DNA of 64,000 nucleotides. Origin: Rhina ancylostomus. Its lineage: Eukaryota. The notes below the pieces were generated by a model that did not search any database, had not been told where the DNA came from, and was given only the letters and a program-made list of their open reading frames with translations. How positions within the stretch are numbered: the stretch's first letter is position 1; every line of letters starts with the position of its first letter. Positions 39,126-52,040 of this stretch are shown here, piece by piece. The translations under genes were made by a program, and so were the position numbers. The DNA is taken from NCBI GenBank assembly GCA_030265395.1, contig JARFYF010000017.1, positions 15,995,352 to 16,059,351 on the forward strand, given 5' to 3'.

Positions 39126-40589
39126 TTAAAAAATTAAAACACTAAAGAGTGTGCCCCACCCAGCCCGACAATGAAGGAGAGGCACTGCAGGAGTTAAACT
39201 GCGTACACAAGTGGGTCGCTTTGCACTACCGCCTACCAACGTTACACTTAATGATTAAATAATTCGAGCAAATTATTCTTTTTAAAATCACATTTTGGCG
39301 TTGTGATTCCCTTCATTCTTAGTCTTCTGGCCTTAAAGAGCATCGGCTCCCCGTAACGTTTCTAAAAGATCGTATCACTTGCCAATGAAGTTAGAATTCA
39401 CACAAATTGAAACAGAACGAATAATGAACACAACCGCCACATCCTAACACTGCAAAAACTGGCTCACATTCTACGGATATCTCAGGAGTGACAGCTATCT
39501 CCAAGTAGTCATCAATAAGATAACTTCCATTTAGTCATTAATCTGTGAAGCAGATTCACATAATGAATTGGCGGTATGTTTCACAAAGCATCTGCCCTGA
39601 TAATTCAGATTTAAGATGAAATCAGTCCCACACTAATGGATACGCTGGAGAATTATTGCTCTGAACAATACGGGCACGGTAAAAATGTATTATCTAGTTG
39701 GAATGAAGTGTGCATATTCTTCAGGAACTGAATTTCCTTTGGGGGCTCAACCGAGGGACAGGAGCAACATGTCCCAATGCCTTCACCTTAAGTGGAGACA
39801 CAAGGAACTGCAGATGGTGGAATCCGAAACAAAACAAAAACCAAAATGGTCTTGATGAAGGAGCCCGACCCGAAACGTCGCCAGTCCAGTTCCCTCCACA
39901 GATGCTGCCTGGCCTGCTGAGTTCCTTCAGCATTTTGGGGGGTTTTCCCCCCTCCATCTTCCCCACAAGTCCCACCGAGGAGATCCAGCTCTGGCCCCGA
40001 GTATGGAATTCATTTTATGGGGCAGCTACCTTAAACTGCCCCTCAACCCACCTTCGCCACTCTACAAGTTAGTTAGCTCCATCTATTGACCATACCGAGC
40101 GCTAACCGGGCCAGTGAGCGGAAAGCCTCACGGACAGGACTGCACGAATTTGTCTGTCCAACCGGTGTGTACAAGGGCGCTATTTTCAGGCTCCCATCTC
40201 CAACAACCCCTAGCCCCTCGATTACGGATCCGCTCGAAATGTCCTTGTCCCAAAAGTTGTCCCAAAAGTTTCCCCAAAGCGAACACATTGCGCCCTGCCG
40301 GTGGTTAAATCCGCTTTAAAATGACCGATTTTCATTATACAACCGTGAAAAATCCTCCAGTAACTGCCCCGCACTGAATATTTGGAGATCCCCTTATATA
40401 AAGAACATAAGTGTATGCTATAACCCTAACCCTATGGAAGGGACGAGTGCTGGTTTGCACCCACTGTTAGTTTATACCCTTCAAACATCAGCAGCAGAAG
40501 TCCATCATCTGACTCGGCAGCATGTGATACGGATTAATATCGGTCCTTCCCTCCTCGATCAGTTTTCTCGTCTATAGAAAAGTACTCAC

Positions 40590-40712
40590 GTCGTGTTTAT
40601 CTCCTACTTTCACTCGGAGGCTCTTGGTAACTACGGGCAGGGGCCGTAGAGTCAGCAAGCAGAACAGGGCCGCCGTCAGTACTCGCAGGAAACTTTTACC
40701 GCGATTCATCAT
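40590..40712 (-). CDS. WFDC1: WFDC1 coding exon 1 (signal peptide): MMNRGKSFLRVLTAALFCLLTLRPLPVVTKSLRVKVGDKHD
   Basis: ATG at 40712, basic n-region then hydrophobic h-region, GTGAGT donor at 40589-40584, phase 0 matching exon 2. Lies in the only CpG-rich region. Homology is weaker than for the other exons. Confidence 0.85.
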
Positions 40713-40760
40713 TGGTTTGTGCACCCTCTCCACGTCTAGAATGGCGGTAAAGGACGGATG

Positions 40761-40782
40761 AGAGAGAGAGAGAGAGAGAGAG
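40761..40782. repeat. (AG)11 microsatellite, (CT)n in the probable WFDC1 5' UTR
   Basis: Read directly, about 50 nt upstream of the ATG. Confidence 0.95.
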
Positions 40783-43349
40783 TTCAGTTTGCAAAGTGTT
40801 GCTGGAGAAGAGGTTACAGCCAAAGTAACGGAGTGCGCGGGCGAAAGCAGGTATCCCCGCCTTCCCCCGCACGCACCAGCTATTAGCCAGATATTTTTAA
40901 TCTGACACAGGCGTGTTCACATCTGGCAGCTTGTCCACACGCACCGACCAGCTCCCTGGCTGATTACAATTTGAGAGCGAACAGATTATCTGTCCTGCTC
41001 TGTCTTGGAGCCCTCGCCCGGAGTCCACCTCGCCCACAGCTGTTTAAAATAAGCAGCTGACCAGAATTCATAAAAGCAGCTGGCACATGGGAATAATAAA
41101 ACCGTTTTAACACAGTCCATGAAAGTTTAAGTAAAAAGAAATTTAAAAAAAACTAAAGCATCGAATGTTTATATGTCAGGATAAAACATAAATTAACTTC
41201 TGGGGCGAACGGGGATTCAAGTATACCAACGTTAAAATTTACGAGACCACAGGCTGCAACAGTGTTAAATAGAAAAAACAGCTGCCCCCGCCGCCGCTGT
41301 GTGCAAGCTTCAACCTTCCAGCGAACAGTGCCGCGGAGTTCTGTCCAATCCGACTGTACATTTGTCTTATTCACTGTAAAGAACGAAACTCTTTTCTAAG
41401 TCTGTAAAGAGAATTCAGTTTTCACAATGCCATGAGTTGGTTTCCTCCCATTCTTAATCCGTGGCAGCCGTGAAATTTGGCAATAATTTATCCCCGAATA
41501 ACCTTGAAAATTACAAGTGTAACTTCCACGAATCTTTCGTTTGAAACTCATAAACGATTCCAAGCAGTTGCTGAACTGGGAATTTCACAATAAAAAGTAA
41601 CGACAGGTTAACGCTACAGATTTTTACCAGTTTCTTGATGGTGAGTGGGTATTCTGCAAGTGCCTCAGGCAACCGCCAAGATTATGGTGTTGCTGCTGTA
41701 TCAATGCATATCGTATAATGCGAAAATGGCAGTAAGACCGTCACTCTGGGTTTGGGGGGGGGGAGAAACATNNNNNNNNNNNNNNNNNNNNNNNNNNNNN
41801 NNNNNNNNNNNNNNNNNNNNNNNNNNNNNNNNNNNNNNNNNNNNNNNNNNNNNNNNNNNNNNNNNNNNNNNNNNNNNNNNNNNNNNNNNNNNNNNNNNNN
41901 NNNNNNNNNNNNNNNNNNNNNNNNNNNNNNNNNNNNNNNNNNNNNNNNNNNNNNNNNNNNNNNNNNNNNNNNNNNNNNNNNNNNNNNNNNNNNNNNNNNN
42001 NNNNNNNNNNNNNTAGCTTTGATTGTAGGGTTTTTTTTATTTGGTTTATGAGTTCTGACGAACTCTGCACATGCAACTCATTGACCAACGTATAGTTGTC
42101 AATAGTGAATGATTATCAGCATCCGTTGGAAAGTAAAGTCAACCATCATTTTGACAGGTATTCGTTAGCAATTTAAGGATCGTTTCCGGCTGACAGTCTA
42201 AAGGCTACACTTATTGCCAATCCCCAGTTGCAGGCTGAGAAATGCAGTCAAATTAACTTCAGCAGTTATGAAGACATAAAATGATGGAAACACTCAGCAG
42301 GTCAGGCAGCATCTGTGGAAAATGAAACAGATAATGTTTCAGGCCTGGGACCATTTAGCAGAACTGGGATAGTGGGAAAAGAAATTAGTTTCCAGTAGTG
42401 GAGAAGGTGGAGGATGCTTGGGTAGAACAAAGAGAATAGCTTTGATAGGGTGAGACCAAATGAGTTGTGATGTAAGCAGCTGGAGCAGCTTCTATTAGTT
42501 AGGATCAGATTATTCTTCTTTGACAGTGTAATGTGTTTCTAATTGCAAGGCAATGGGACATGTCCAGCAGGTCAGACTATACAAATAAAAAGGAAAGAAC
42601 TTCGGCAGTTCCTGTGGTGCATCCTTTCTACATACGGGCAAATAACTGTCCAGTGAATCAGGGCTGGGTGTACCACTCAAATAAATTGCTTTGTCCTGCA
42701 TGGCATTGCGTTTCTTGAACATTGTGGCTGCAAATTTGACTGGAGGCATATAGATGCTGGAGTAGTTAAGGAACTGGAAATTTATATAGTTATTGCAGGG
42801 CACAAAGCATTTGTCCACTTGCTGAGGTCATGATTTTGTTACACTAAGACCACTGTTGCCAACTTTTCAGATCTGATAGTCACTGGACTAGCTTTAAAAA
42901 GTTGCTATTTTAAAGCTAAAGTCAGCAAAATTAAATTTAAAGTGAAGTCATGCATTTTACTATGAAAAATGTATTACTGTTATAATTTACACTCTTCGAC
43001 ATTCAATATGCTTCTGCATTCAGCTCTCAAGGTAGTGGCTGCATCCTTAAGAATGAATGCTCGGTCTTGCTGGGAACTTGACAAGTCATGTATAAGATAA
43101 AACAGGATGAGCATTACTATTGGAATCGGTTTTAATTGGTGCAATAGACTGTATTTCAGCAATGCAGTTGACTGTAACATTGCTTAATTTACTGAAGTAA
43201 TACAGTCAAATGTACCATTTCACTTGTCTCTTTGTCTGCTACTCATTTGCCTTGCCCCATTGCCTTTCAAACAAAGGGTAGATATTGTGGGCATATCTAA
43301 AACAATAGGAGGAGTTCAACAGAAGCAGTTTATCAATGACATTACTGCA

Positions 43350-43460
43350 TTCTAATGCTATGTGCCTGTGATGCTGCTGCAAATAAGTTTTTCATTGCAC
43401 CTGTGCATAAATGTACTTATGCATTTGACAATAAACTCAACTTTGACTTTGACTTTGACA
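43350..43460 (+). mobile_element. LINE 3' tail fragment (Rex1-like) ending in CAATAAACTC plus short repeats
   Basis: GATGCTGCTGCAAATAAGTTTTTCATTGCAC...GACAATAAACTC(AACTTTG/ACTTTG)n, similar to 19610-19680. Confidence 0.55.
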
Positions 43461-44064
43461 ATTAACTGATTGTCTGGTGACTATAGAAATCTCTGTTGAC
43501 TGTCTTGGAAATCACCAAGTTGATGGCCAATTATTTTTGTCAACAAGCCAGCATTTAAAATTGCTGGATTCGGAAACAGATTTGGTAACAGTGGTCAGTT
43601 CAGTTAAGATTAAGATCAACAATGATGGCCCTGGAGATAGACAATGGTAGATGTAGGATTAAGGGTCAGAAAAAAATGGATGGGCTTTTGTTCTGATTTG
43701 AGTTGGTATCCTAGAATACCTTGGTGCAAGTTTTACCTGCTAGCATGGATGTTGGAAGTTAAAAAAGAGAATGCTGGAAATACAGCATCTGTGGTGAGAG
43801 AAACAAGTTAATGATTAAGGTCAATGATTTTTTATATCAGAACTGAGAAAAGTTAAAGTTCAAACATGTGCTAGATTGCAGATGAGGAGCAAGGGTACAG
43901 TGAACAAAGAGAATGTCCAGGGTACACCGAGCAGACACATCACGGTGGTGGTGCCAGCAGAGCTAAAGTAGCGAAGGCTTGTTAATCACAGTTGATCTGT
44001 CAGGATGAGATGCAAGTAGAAGGAGATGAAAGAAAACAGAAGGAGAATGGTAAAAGCATGAGAT

Positions 44065-45760
44065 ACAGATGCTGGAAATCTGAAATAAATCAGAGAATGC
44101 TGGAAATGCTCACTGTTCAGGAAACATCTGCGGAGAAAGAAAACAGAGTCAACATTACACGTGATGATTTTTCATCAGAGCCGACTAGTTCTGAGACACA
44201 CTGGCAATGATGGCTCGCTGAAATTGTTGAATTCACTGCTGAGTCCTCTGGGCTTTATTATGCCAAGTCAGAAAAAAAGGAGCTAGCAGAGGAAATTAAG
44301 AGGGGATGTGACTAAGATATATAAAATTATGAGGGCATAGATAGGGTAGGATACAAGAAACTTTTCCCCTTTTCAAAGATGAATAAAACTATAGATTTAG
44401 GGTAAGGGGTTAAGAAAGAGGGGATCTGAAGGGGTGTCTTTCACCGAGAGAGAGCAGTGAGTACCTGGAATGCACTGCCAGAGAGAGTGGTGGAAGCAGG
44501 GTCGCTGATAGCATTTAAGAAGTGTTTAGATGAACATTTGAATTGCCTTGGCATAGAAGGCTATTGGTCAAGTGCTGGGAGATGGGTGGGTACCCACTGG
44601 TCAGCATGGACAGAGTGGGCCAAATGGCTGTTTCTACACTGTATGACTCCATGAGTCTTTATGTTGGGTTTCACTAGAACACTGTAAGGATCAAACACAG
44701 AGAGGTCAGTCTGGGAATGGGATGGAGAATTAAAGTGGCAGGCAACTGGAATATCAGAATTACACTTGCAGACTGAATGGAGGTATTCTTCAAAGCAGTT
44801 ACTTCATGTAGAGTTGACCACTTAGTAAGCTCTGAATGTGGTACAATAAATTGGAAGAGGTACCTGTGAATTTCTGTTTCACCTGGAAGGAGAGGTAGGG
44901 TCCCTGGATGATGGGAAGGGAAGAAGTAAAAGGGCAGGTATTGCATCTTCTGGCACTGTATGGGAAAATTCCATGAGCAGGGGAATGGGTGTAGTGGAGA
45001 TGGAAGAGTAAACCAGGGAGTCATGAAGGAAAATGTCCTGTCAGACTGTTGAAGGGGATCATAGGGGGAGGTGTTCTGGTGATGGCATCATGTCAAAGAG
45101 GTGTAAATTATTACTGGTATTGATTTATTATTGTCAGATGTACCGAGATACAGTGAAAAGCATTTGTTTGCATGCCATCCAGTCCGATCATGCCATATGT
45201 ACATCGAGGTAGTAAAAAGGAAAATTATAGAAGGCATTCTGTTGAATGTAGAGGGTGGTGTAGTGGAACATGAAGAAGAGGGGATCCTTACCCTTGATCT
45301 GGTCGGCAGGAGAAGATAACTGAGCAGAAATACAGGAAATGGAACAGAAAGCCCAGTTAACTACATTGGGCAGGAATCTGAACCAATGGGATAGAGCTGG
45401 AGCTACTGGGAGAATGGAATGGCATCCTTACAAGAAGCAGTGTGGGAAAATTTGCAATCAAGGTTGCTGTGGGAATCTGTGTTCTTGCAATGGACATTGC
45501 AAGAATAGAAACATTGAGGAAGGGAAGAGTAAGGAATGAACTTCATGAAAGTGAGAGCTGAATGGAATTTGACAGCAAAGGTGACGAAACGTTTGAATTC
45601 TCTACACGATCAGGAAACAGCACCAACAATATACCAGGAAAAGAGATGAGGAGAGAACCTGAATAGGAATAAAACCAGGATTGTTCCACATATCCCACAA
45701 GAGATTGACATAACCCTCCTGGACCCAGGCGGGTTCCCATAGCTGCACCTTTGATTAGAT
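44065..45760 (-). mobile_element. Penelope-like element remnant (RT plus GIY-YIG endonuclease) with nested insertions
   Basis: Minus strand reads IKGAAMGTRLGP..LVGYVEQS (PLE RT) at ~45680-45755 and GIFPYSARRCNTCPFTSSLPIIQGPYLSFQVKQKFTGTSSNLLYHI..GQLY (GIY-YIG) at ~44805-44975. Confidence 0.85.
44290..44655 (+). mobile_element. CR1 3' end inserted into the Penelope remnant
   Basis: YKIMR..DRV and WNALPERVVEAGSLIAFKKCLDEHL, plus a CR1 tail. Confidence 0.85.
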
Positions 45761-48700
45761 CCTTCTCTGCTTACCTTCAGCTCTTTCTAGTTATATACCC
45801 TCCAGGCAGACCAGCATGGATTAACAAGCTTTCACCACCCTCTCTCAGCCGACAGCACTAACATGCTTGTCTTTAGTCTCGCTTGACATCCACTCTATCA
45901 CAGACCCCTTCTTTGCAATTTAAGACATGTTTTACATCTAACTTTTCTCAGCTCAGGTTTTCCCCAGCCTGAAAACAGTAACTCTGTTTCTTGCTGCACA
46001 GTTGCTGCCTGACTGACTGGTTATTTTAGATTGCCAATATCAGTTTGTTAAAATGTTTAATTGATGTCAGAAGTTGTGAATGAAGCTGATTCATGAACAG
46101 CACATACAAATTTGACCAAACAGCAGAGAGGAGATCAGTGAAAGTTCGCTTTCCCCAGAAACTCCTGAAGTGATGTCTTTGAGCTACCGTCAGTAGCCTC
46201 CATGAACCACAATGGGAGAATTTCCTTTAACTTTCACTAACTTTAATTTTAGAGTTTGTTCGTACCATTTTTTAAAATCAGGCACTGCTTTGATAATGAG
46301 AAAGTGAATTTCACATCTGTTCAGAGGTCTCTGTTGTGAAAACTACATGTCACAGAGTGATATAATGTTTAAAGTTATAACAGGATGGGGTAAATAGAAG
46401 CAGACCTGTTCCAGCAGTAAGTGTTGTCATTGGAGTTGGGGAATTGGGGATGTGGATGTGAGTGAAGCATTTAAGCCACAGAGAAATACATTTTCCCAAA
46501 GAGCAGGAAAGACTTTGTACTTCTCTTACTCTGCAATGATGTTCCTTCTGGCTGTTAATGAAGTGGCAATGGTGAGGAGAATTCAATAGGGGAGAGAATA
46601 CCATCCTCCCATTGGAAGAGGTGGCATCCATTGACTGGATAAGTTAACCAAACCTGGAGGACAGGTGAGTCCATAAACATTACCTTGGCTACTTAGAATT
46701 CTTCCTTGCATTTTTCCATTTCCTTTTTCCACCAATTTTCTTACTTCATTTCCTCTTGTTATGGCATTAATTCCTAGTTGCTCAAAATTCATTTAAAGTT
46801 GGACATCCTGTTGTAACTTGTCTTGGTAGCCCTTTTCATATGTGAGCTTGGAAGATATGTTAGCAGGTTATTCCTACTCACCCGATATTTAGCTGGGAAT
46901 TTTCCTAAGAGCTCTGGAGAAAATTTTCCCGAACCTGAGATCAACACCAGTATGGATGAGATTTCCACCCAAGTTATTCATGGGGGACTGGGTGACAGTC
47001 AGGACCAGGACCACTGGATGTTTTTTTTGTCTGCTTAACTCAGCAGCTCACAGTTTATCTGTACCATTGCCCAATTGTGATCAATAAGCTCATGGAAACA
47101 TCTGGGATCTTTCAGGTCATATGTTACCCAAATGAGCCATTAGGAGTCCATTTTAGGCCTCTGTATTTGTGGATTTTAACTTCAGATACACACATATTTC
47201 TGAAATAGAAAGCATAGCTTCTTGGTCTGTCTTCAAATATTCTGTATGATACATTGAAAAGGATTTAAAACAGGTGCAAGCATTTTAATTCATATCATGA
47301 TTTATGAGGAAAAGCTGAGCCACTGCTAACATTTGAAGCAGAGAGGTTGGCTGCTATGTTGTGAAGTGCATGAAGATTTGTGTCCCACAATTGCAATGTA
47401 TTTGATCACAGCCTCAGAGAAAAGCCTGCAATCACTGGACTCAAAGTAAGTGAACTATGCAGGCACAACAGGTTGGAAATAAAGGGCCTAGTAGAACCAC
47501 AGCCTATTTTGAAATTTGATCTTGGATATTCTTAATTAGAAAATACAAATAAATGGAGAGGGCAACATTCTTCTTACACAGTCCGGCGTTCCCTCTACAA
47601 GTTGCTCTCTGCTGATTCTTACGCAGTGCAGTGAAGGTGACTTGGGCAAAGGCAGGATAAGGTAGAGCTTTAATGTTGCTTACGCTCCACCAAACTGCTT
47701 GCACTCCAGGGCTGATTTTAACTCCCTCCCTGCAGAGAAAATGGTGCCAGACAAGAAAATAAATCAAGATTGTTACATCAGAGTGGTGTTCAGCCAAAGC
47801 TCCTGCAGCATTATCATGGGAAAAAAACCAATGAGCAGTGCCAGAGCAGGAACTGATTGTAAAATTAATATGGAAATCTACATGTTTAAAAGAGAAGCCC
47901 ACATGTTTAGAATGAGTGACCACAAAGTTTCCTTAAATTGATAAACATTTAAATAAGTAGAAGATCAAGTACAATGGGGGAAAATCTCTCAGAATTCCTC
48001 CAGCAATTGTCCACATGGACAAGATGGGGGGCGGGGGGGGGGGTTGTANNNNNNNNNNNNNNNNNNNNNNNNNNNNNNNNNNNNNNNNNNNNNNNNNNNN
48101 NNNNNNNNNNNNNNNNNNNNNNNNNNNNNNNNNNNNNNNNNNNNNNNNCCCCCCCCCCCCCCCCCCCCCCTCCACTGGCTCCATCTTGCACTAGAGGGAG
48201 GGTGCTCCTTCAGATTCAGGTGATGTTGTAGGGTGGGTACTTACAATGTGGAGTATGTGCCAAGAATGTAGATAAGTATTTTACTTACCTTACAGGGCTT
48301 CCAGGGCATCATAGTAGGAATCAATCCATGTTGTGTTAGACTACTAGCGCCCCCAGGGCACCATGGTCCAACTTCCCCTTCAATGCTCTAAAAGGAGTGT
48401 TGCATGGGGAATGAAGTTATCACACAAAGCTGAACTCATGTTGTGGTCTCAAGGTGACTCACAACAGAAAGTATGTATCTAAGTAACAAGAAAGGATCCT
48501 GAAATAGTAGTTATTGTTTCTCACTCACAGAAACAAATCAATTTTTAAATGCATAACCCTGAAAATAGTTGCATTATTTTATTGAATTTCCAACATCAGG
48601 AGTTTTAAAGTTGCTTCTTGCTTTGTGTATCGTAAACCATTTTGCTCTCCTGCATACTTTCTTGAAAACAAAATTCCTCACAGGATTAATACACAGCAGG

Positions 48701-51369
48701 AATTGAATTTGCTGGTTCCATAGTCAAAATAGGTTGGTAGCACTCTGCACAACACATTTATCAATGCAGCAATCTCGTGAGTCAGAGAATATTATAGCCA
48801 GATTTTAGGACAAGCATAGAATTATACACGTGCCAAGATAAGGCTAAAGTTCAAGAGCTCAGCTCAGTTCAATTTATGATTTTCTGTCCAGCCAAACTTG
48901 AACTTATATTATCCAAAGAAAACATGAGTGGATGTTTGTGGACAATCACCAATTGAACAGCTTTGATTTTGAAAATGCTCCAAGATTATCGACCCAAGAG
49001 AACAAAACTAAGTGTGGCCAAGATTCTGTGCTGATGCCTTTGGAATGTTCCTTGCACTTGGAAATTAGTCCAACCTGATTACTAAATTTTGTATTGATTT
49101 TTGTTAAATGAATCCTGACTATCTCCCTTCTTACCTGTTCCCCCGCCCTCCTCATTAACCATGTACTCCAGGCTTATGCTCAGGCTCATATATCTGAAGA
49201 TAATGACTTCTACTTGGCCAAGTTCATGTTGCAATCAAACACACCCTGAAGCTTTTTCCATCAACTATGTTTTACTATATTTGCTGACACTTAGCTTTCC
49301 ACTGCCTTGTAGTACAAACTTCTCTAATTTATCGAAGAAGTAACAAGTATTGCTAGGCAAGGAGGAATATCAAAAGAATATTCAGTTTCTCAAATGAGCC
49401 TGATTCCTATCTATTCTATTGGGATGAGGTATATGTTTGATTTTCACACTTCTACATTTTAGAAAACATATTATGTGAATTATTTTTGATAAGTATTTCT
49501 CTCCTAATCTGGAATATTTGAAGCACAAAGATGAGCACCTGAAATAAAAGTCAGAGGGAGGAGGTACTTCAAACTGCATTAATTGAACCATGGTATTATT
49601 GAGTAGGCATATCTTTGTTACAATCTGTACTAAATTAAATTCTTTACACAAAATAAATTTGACCTTACTTGACTAATCATATTGCAAATTGGACTCCATT
49701 TGGAATTAGTGTTCAGATCATCTCAGTCTAGACCATGTGTAACTACCCATCTTTACAGGGTTTATAACTGGCCTTGAGTGAGAGGGATTTGAGCTTTCTT
49801 TAATCAGATACCAGGTTCAATTTTGAATTATATTTCATTAAGGCCCAGGGTTTTGACTGGGGCCAGAGCGAGTTTTGTGGTCACCATGGAGATGCCTGTC
49901 TTATCCCAGGTTATTTTGAAAAATGAGGGTAGCTCCCGTCCTCCACTGGGAAGTTAGATTAGTTTAGTGTCCAAAAGGCACCTATAGCCAAATGGTATAT
50001 TATAGCCATAGAGCTGCATGAGGAAATGCTACTTTTTAAAATTGAAGATGTTAGAATCTGCTCCTTGAATTGAATACTTTGAGAGTGTTTGGATAGACCT
50101 ATCCAGATGAAGGGTCTCAACCTGAAACATTGACTCCCTCCCATTTCCCTCCCCAGATGCCGCCTGCAGCTGTTCCTCCAGCATCTGCAGTCTCTGGGGT
50201 CTCCATTTGGATAGACATTTCCCATCTGATAAAAATAACTCTGAAATACTTCCACTAACATATAACCACAGGATGGTATGGTCTAACAGCTGGTCCTGTA
50301 CTGGGTATGAACACCACAAGAGCTTTCAGGACTGAGTTAGATCTTTGTTTTTCATTTGCAGGAGAAGTGGAGTGAAAGCTAGTAAATTAGCCACAATTTA
50401 AAAGTGGGTTCTGGACAAGGGGAGCCAACCTCACAAAATAAAATATCTGCAATTTCAATTTAAGTGGAACATATCCAGTCTGGCTTCCTGGTTTGTAAAA
50501 TGGAAAACTGGCTTAGACAAATAAAAGCCTATTCAGATGTAAAATGCTGGAGAATTTTCCTACATGAATATCTTAAGTACAATAAAACCCTAATGGAGCA
50601 TACTTGAGGGAGGAAGAAAAGAACACTAAGCGAACAAAGGCCAAAATACCATTGCTGCTGATGAAAGGCACAAGCCTTGTTAAGCACAAAGAATGTAGGA
50701 AGCCAGGTGGAGACAAAACTTCATCACACAGATCAATGGGTGTTATAATAGGCTTGTAAATACCTTCCCATACCTGCAATTATCTCCCCAGCTCCCACTC
50801 CAACACTGAACATAATGTTTGTTCTTAAAGACTCTACCTTGAAGGGTTGCTATTTAGTGATAAGACTCTTCTTGTTCAGTTTAATTACTTCCAAAATGGT
50901 TTTTACATAAAGTTAATATGGTAATAACTGTTATTTTGTATTCTAAATGTTGTACTGGACGTAAGTTTGAATTTGACGGTGGAGGTCAAAGAGGAGAATA
51001 AGAGCTTCAGCACCGTAGAATTACCTGATTTTTTAAAAACTTGAATTTCAATCCTCTATTTTGTTTTGAAACCTTCTTAAAGTATGGCTGGTGTCATATA
51101 TTCAGTTGATGACTTTCACTTTATTAGTACTCAACAGAGTTTTCTATGCTACTACCAGAAATATTCCTGGCTGTACACCAGGAGAACCCAACAATGGGCA
51201 GCTGTTTAAATGGTGTAACCGGCAATAGTCATATAAAATAGTAGTCAGGTGATGTCTTTTAGCAGTTCTTGGTGTACGTTACACTCTAACATGAACCCTG
51301 TGCTTAGTAATGCAACAACTACAACATTTATTTTAGGACTTAACTTTTGTTTAAAAAAAATTCTTCAGG

Positions 51370-52040
51370 AATGTTATCAAGCAGCTGGAATACGTAGAAA
51401 TGTCTTCTCTCAGACCTGGTGAATCTCTGGAATTCTCAGCCTCAGAGTGTTGTGGGGTTAGGTTATTAGAAGCATTTAAAGTGAGAGAGATAATTTTTCG
51501 ACAGATGGGGAGATTGAGCGCTATGGTGATCTGGCACATAGGAGGAGCTGAGGCCTTGGATATATTATTCATGATCATACTGAACGGTGCTGCAGGTTTG
51601 GAGGGTGGCTCCTCCTCCTGTTTTCTTGTGTTCATGTGGCTTATATTCAAATTCGGACAACACATTTTAAGGACAATGGCAAGACTTTAGAGAAGGTGCA
51701 GACAAAATTAAGATTTGAGAAGCTGGGGTTATTCTCCTTTGAAAAGAGAATGTGAAGAGCAGATTTGATAGAATTGTTCAAAACAGTGAACAGTTGTGAT
51801 ACAGTAAATATCAAGAATGGCAATATCCAGAGATTCAAGCAGACAGATAGTGGACAGAAAGATGACTAGAGGGTGATCTTGGATGCATTGCTTGTACTAA
51901 TNNNNNNNNNNTTATGGTGGAAACAAATTCAATTGTAATTATCAAAAGCAAGTTGTAAAAGCAACTTGAAGGGAGAAAAAAATAAGAGGGCTATTGGAAC
52001 CAAGCAGGTGAATGGGACTGTTTGAATTGCTCTTTCTGAT
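51370..52040 (+). mobile_element. Two decayed CR1 3' fragments
   Basis: GTGAATCTCTGGAATTCTC..CAGAG..TTGTGG, CTGAACGGTGCTGCAGGTTTGGAGGG tail, and GAGAAGCTGGGGTTATTCTCC (EKLGLFS). Confidence 0.7.

Larger units (their letters stand above)
15..40712 (-). other. WFDC1: WFDC1 gene span (start to stop codon); 6 coding exons, 217 aa, intron 1 is ~26.8 kb
   Basis: Six exons with GT-AG boundaries and matching phases (0,1,1,1,1). Spliced product has a signal peptide, an 8-Cys WAP core and the WFDC1-typical VLDWLVQPKPRWLGGNGWLLDGPEEVLQAEACSTTEDG segment. Confidence 0.96.
40050..41400 (-). promoter_or_regulatory. CpG-rich promoter / first-exon region of WFDC1
   Basis: CpG density is visibly higher than elsewhere in the window. 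GC box (ccccgcc ~40855-40861), TATA-like TTAAAAATA on minus (~40892-40900), E-box cluster 41037-41089. No upstream ATG on minus between ~40870 and 40713. Confidence 0.75.

Noticed and set aside
40245-40279. Three imperfect 12-bp units (TTGTCCCAAAAG)
   Set aside because: Local slippage repeat with no spacers and no evidence of function.
40421-40433. Two TAACCC telomere-like units
   Set aside because: Too short to distinguish from chance.
40713-40823. In-frame N-terminal extension of exon 1 in the ORF track
   Set aside because: It starts at a non-ATG codon and crosses the microsatellite. ATG 40712 directly precedes a good signal peptide.
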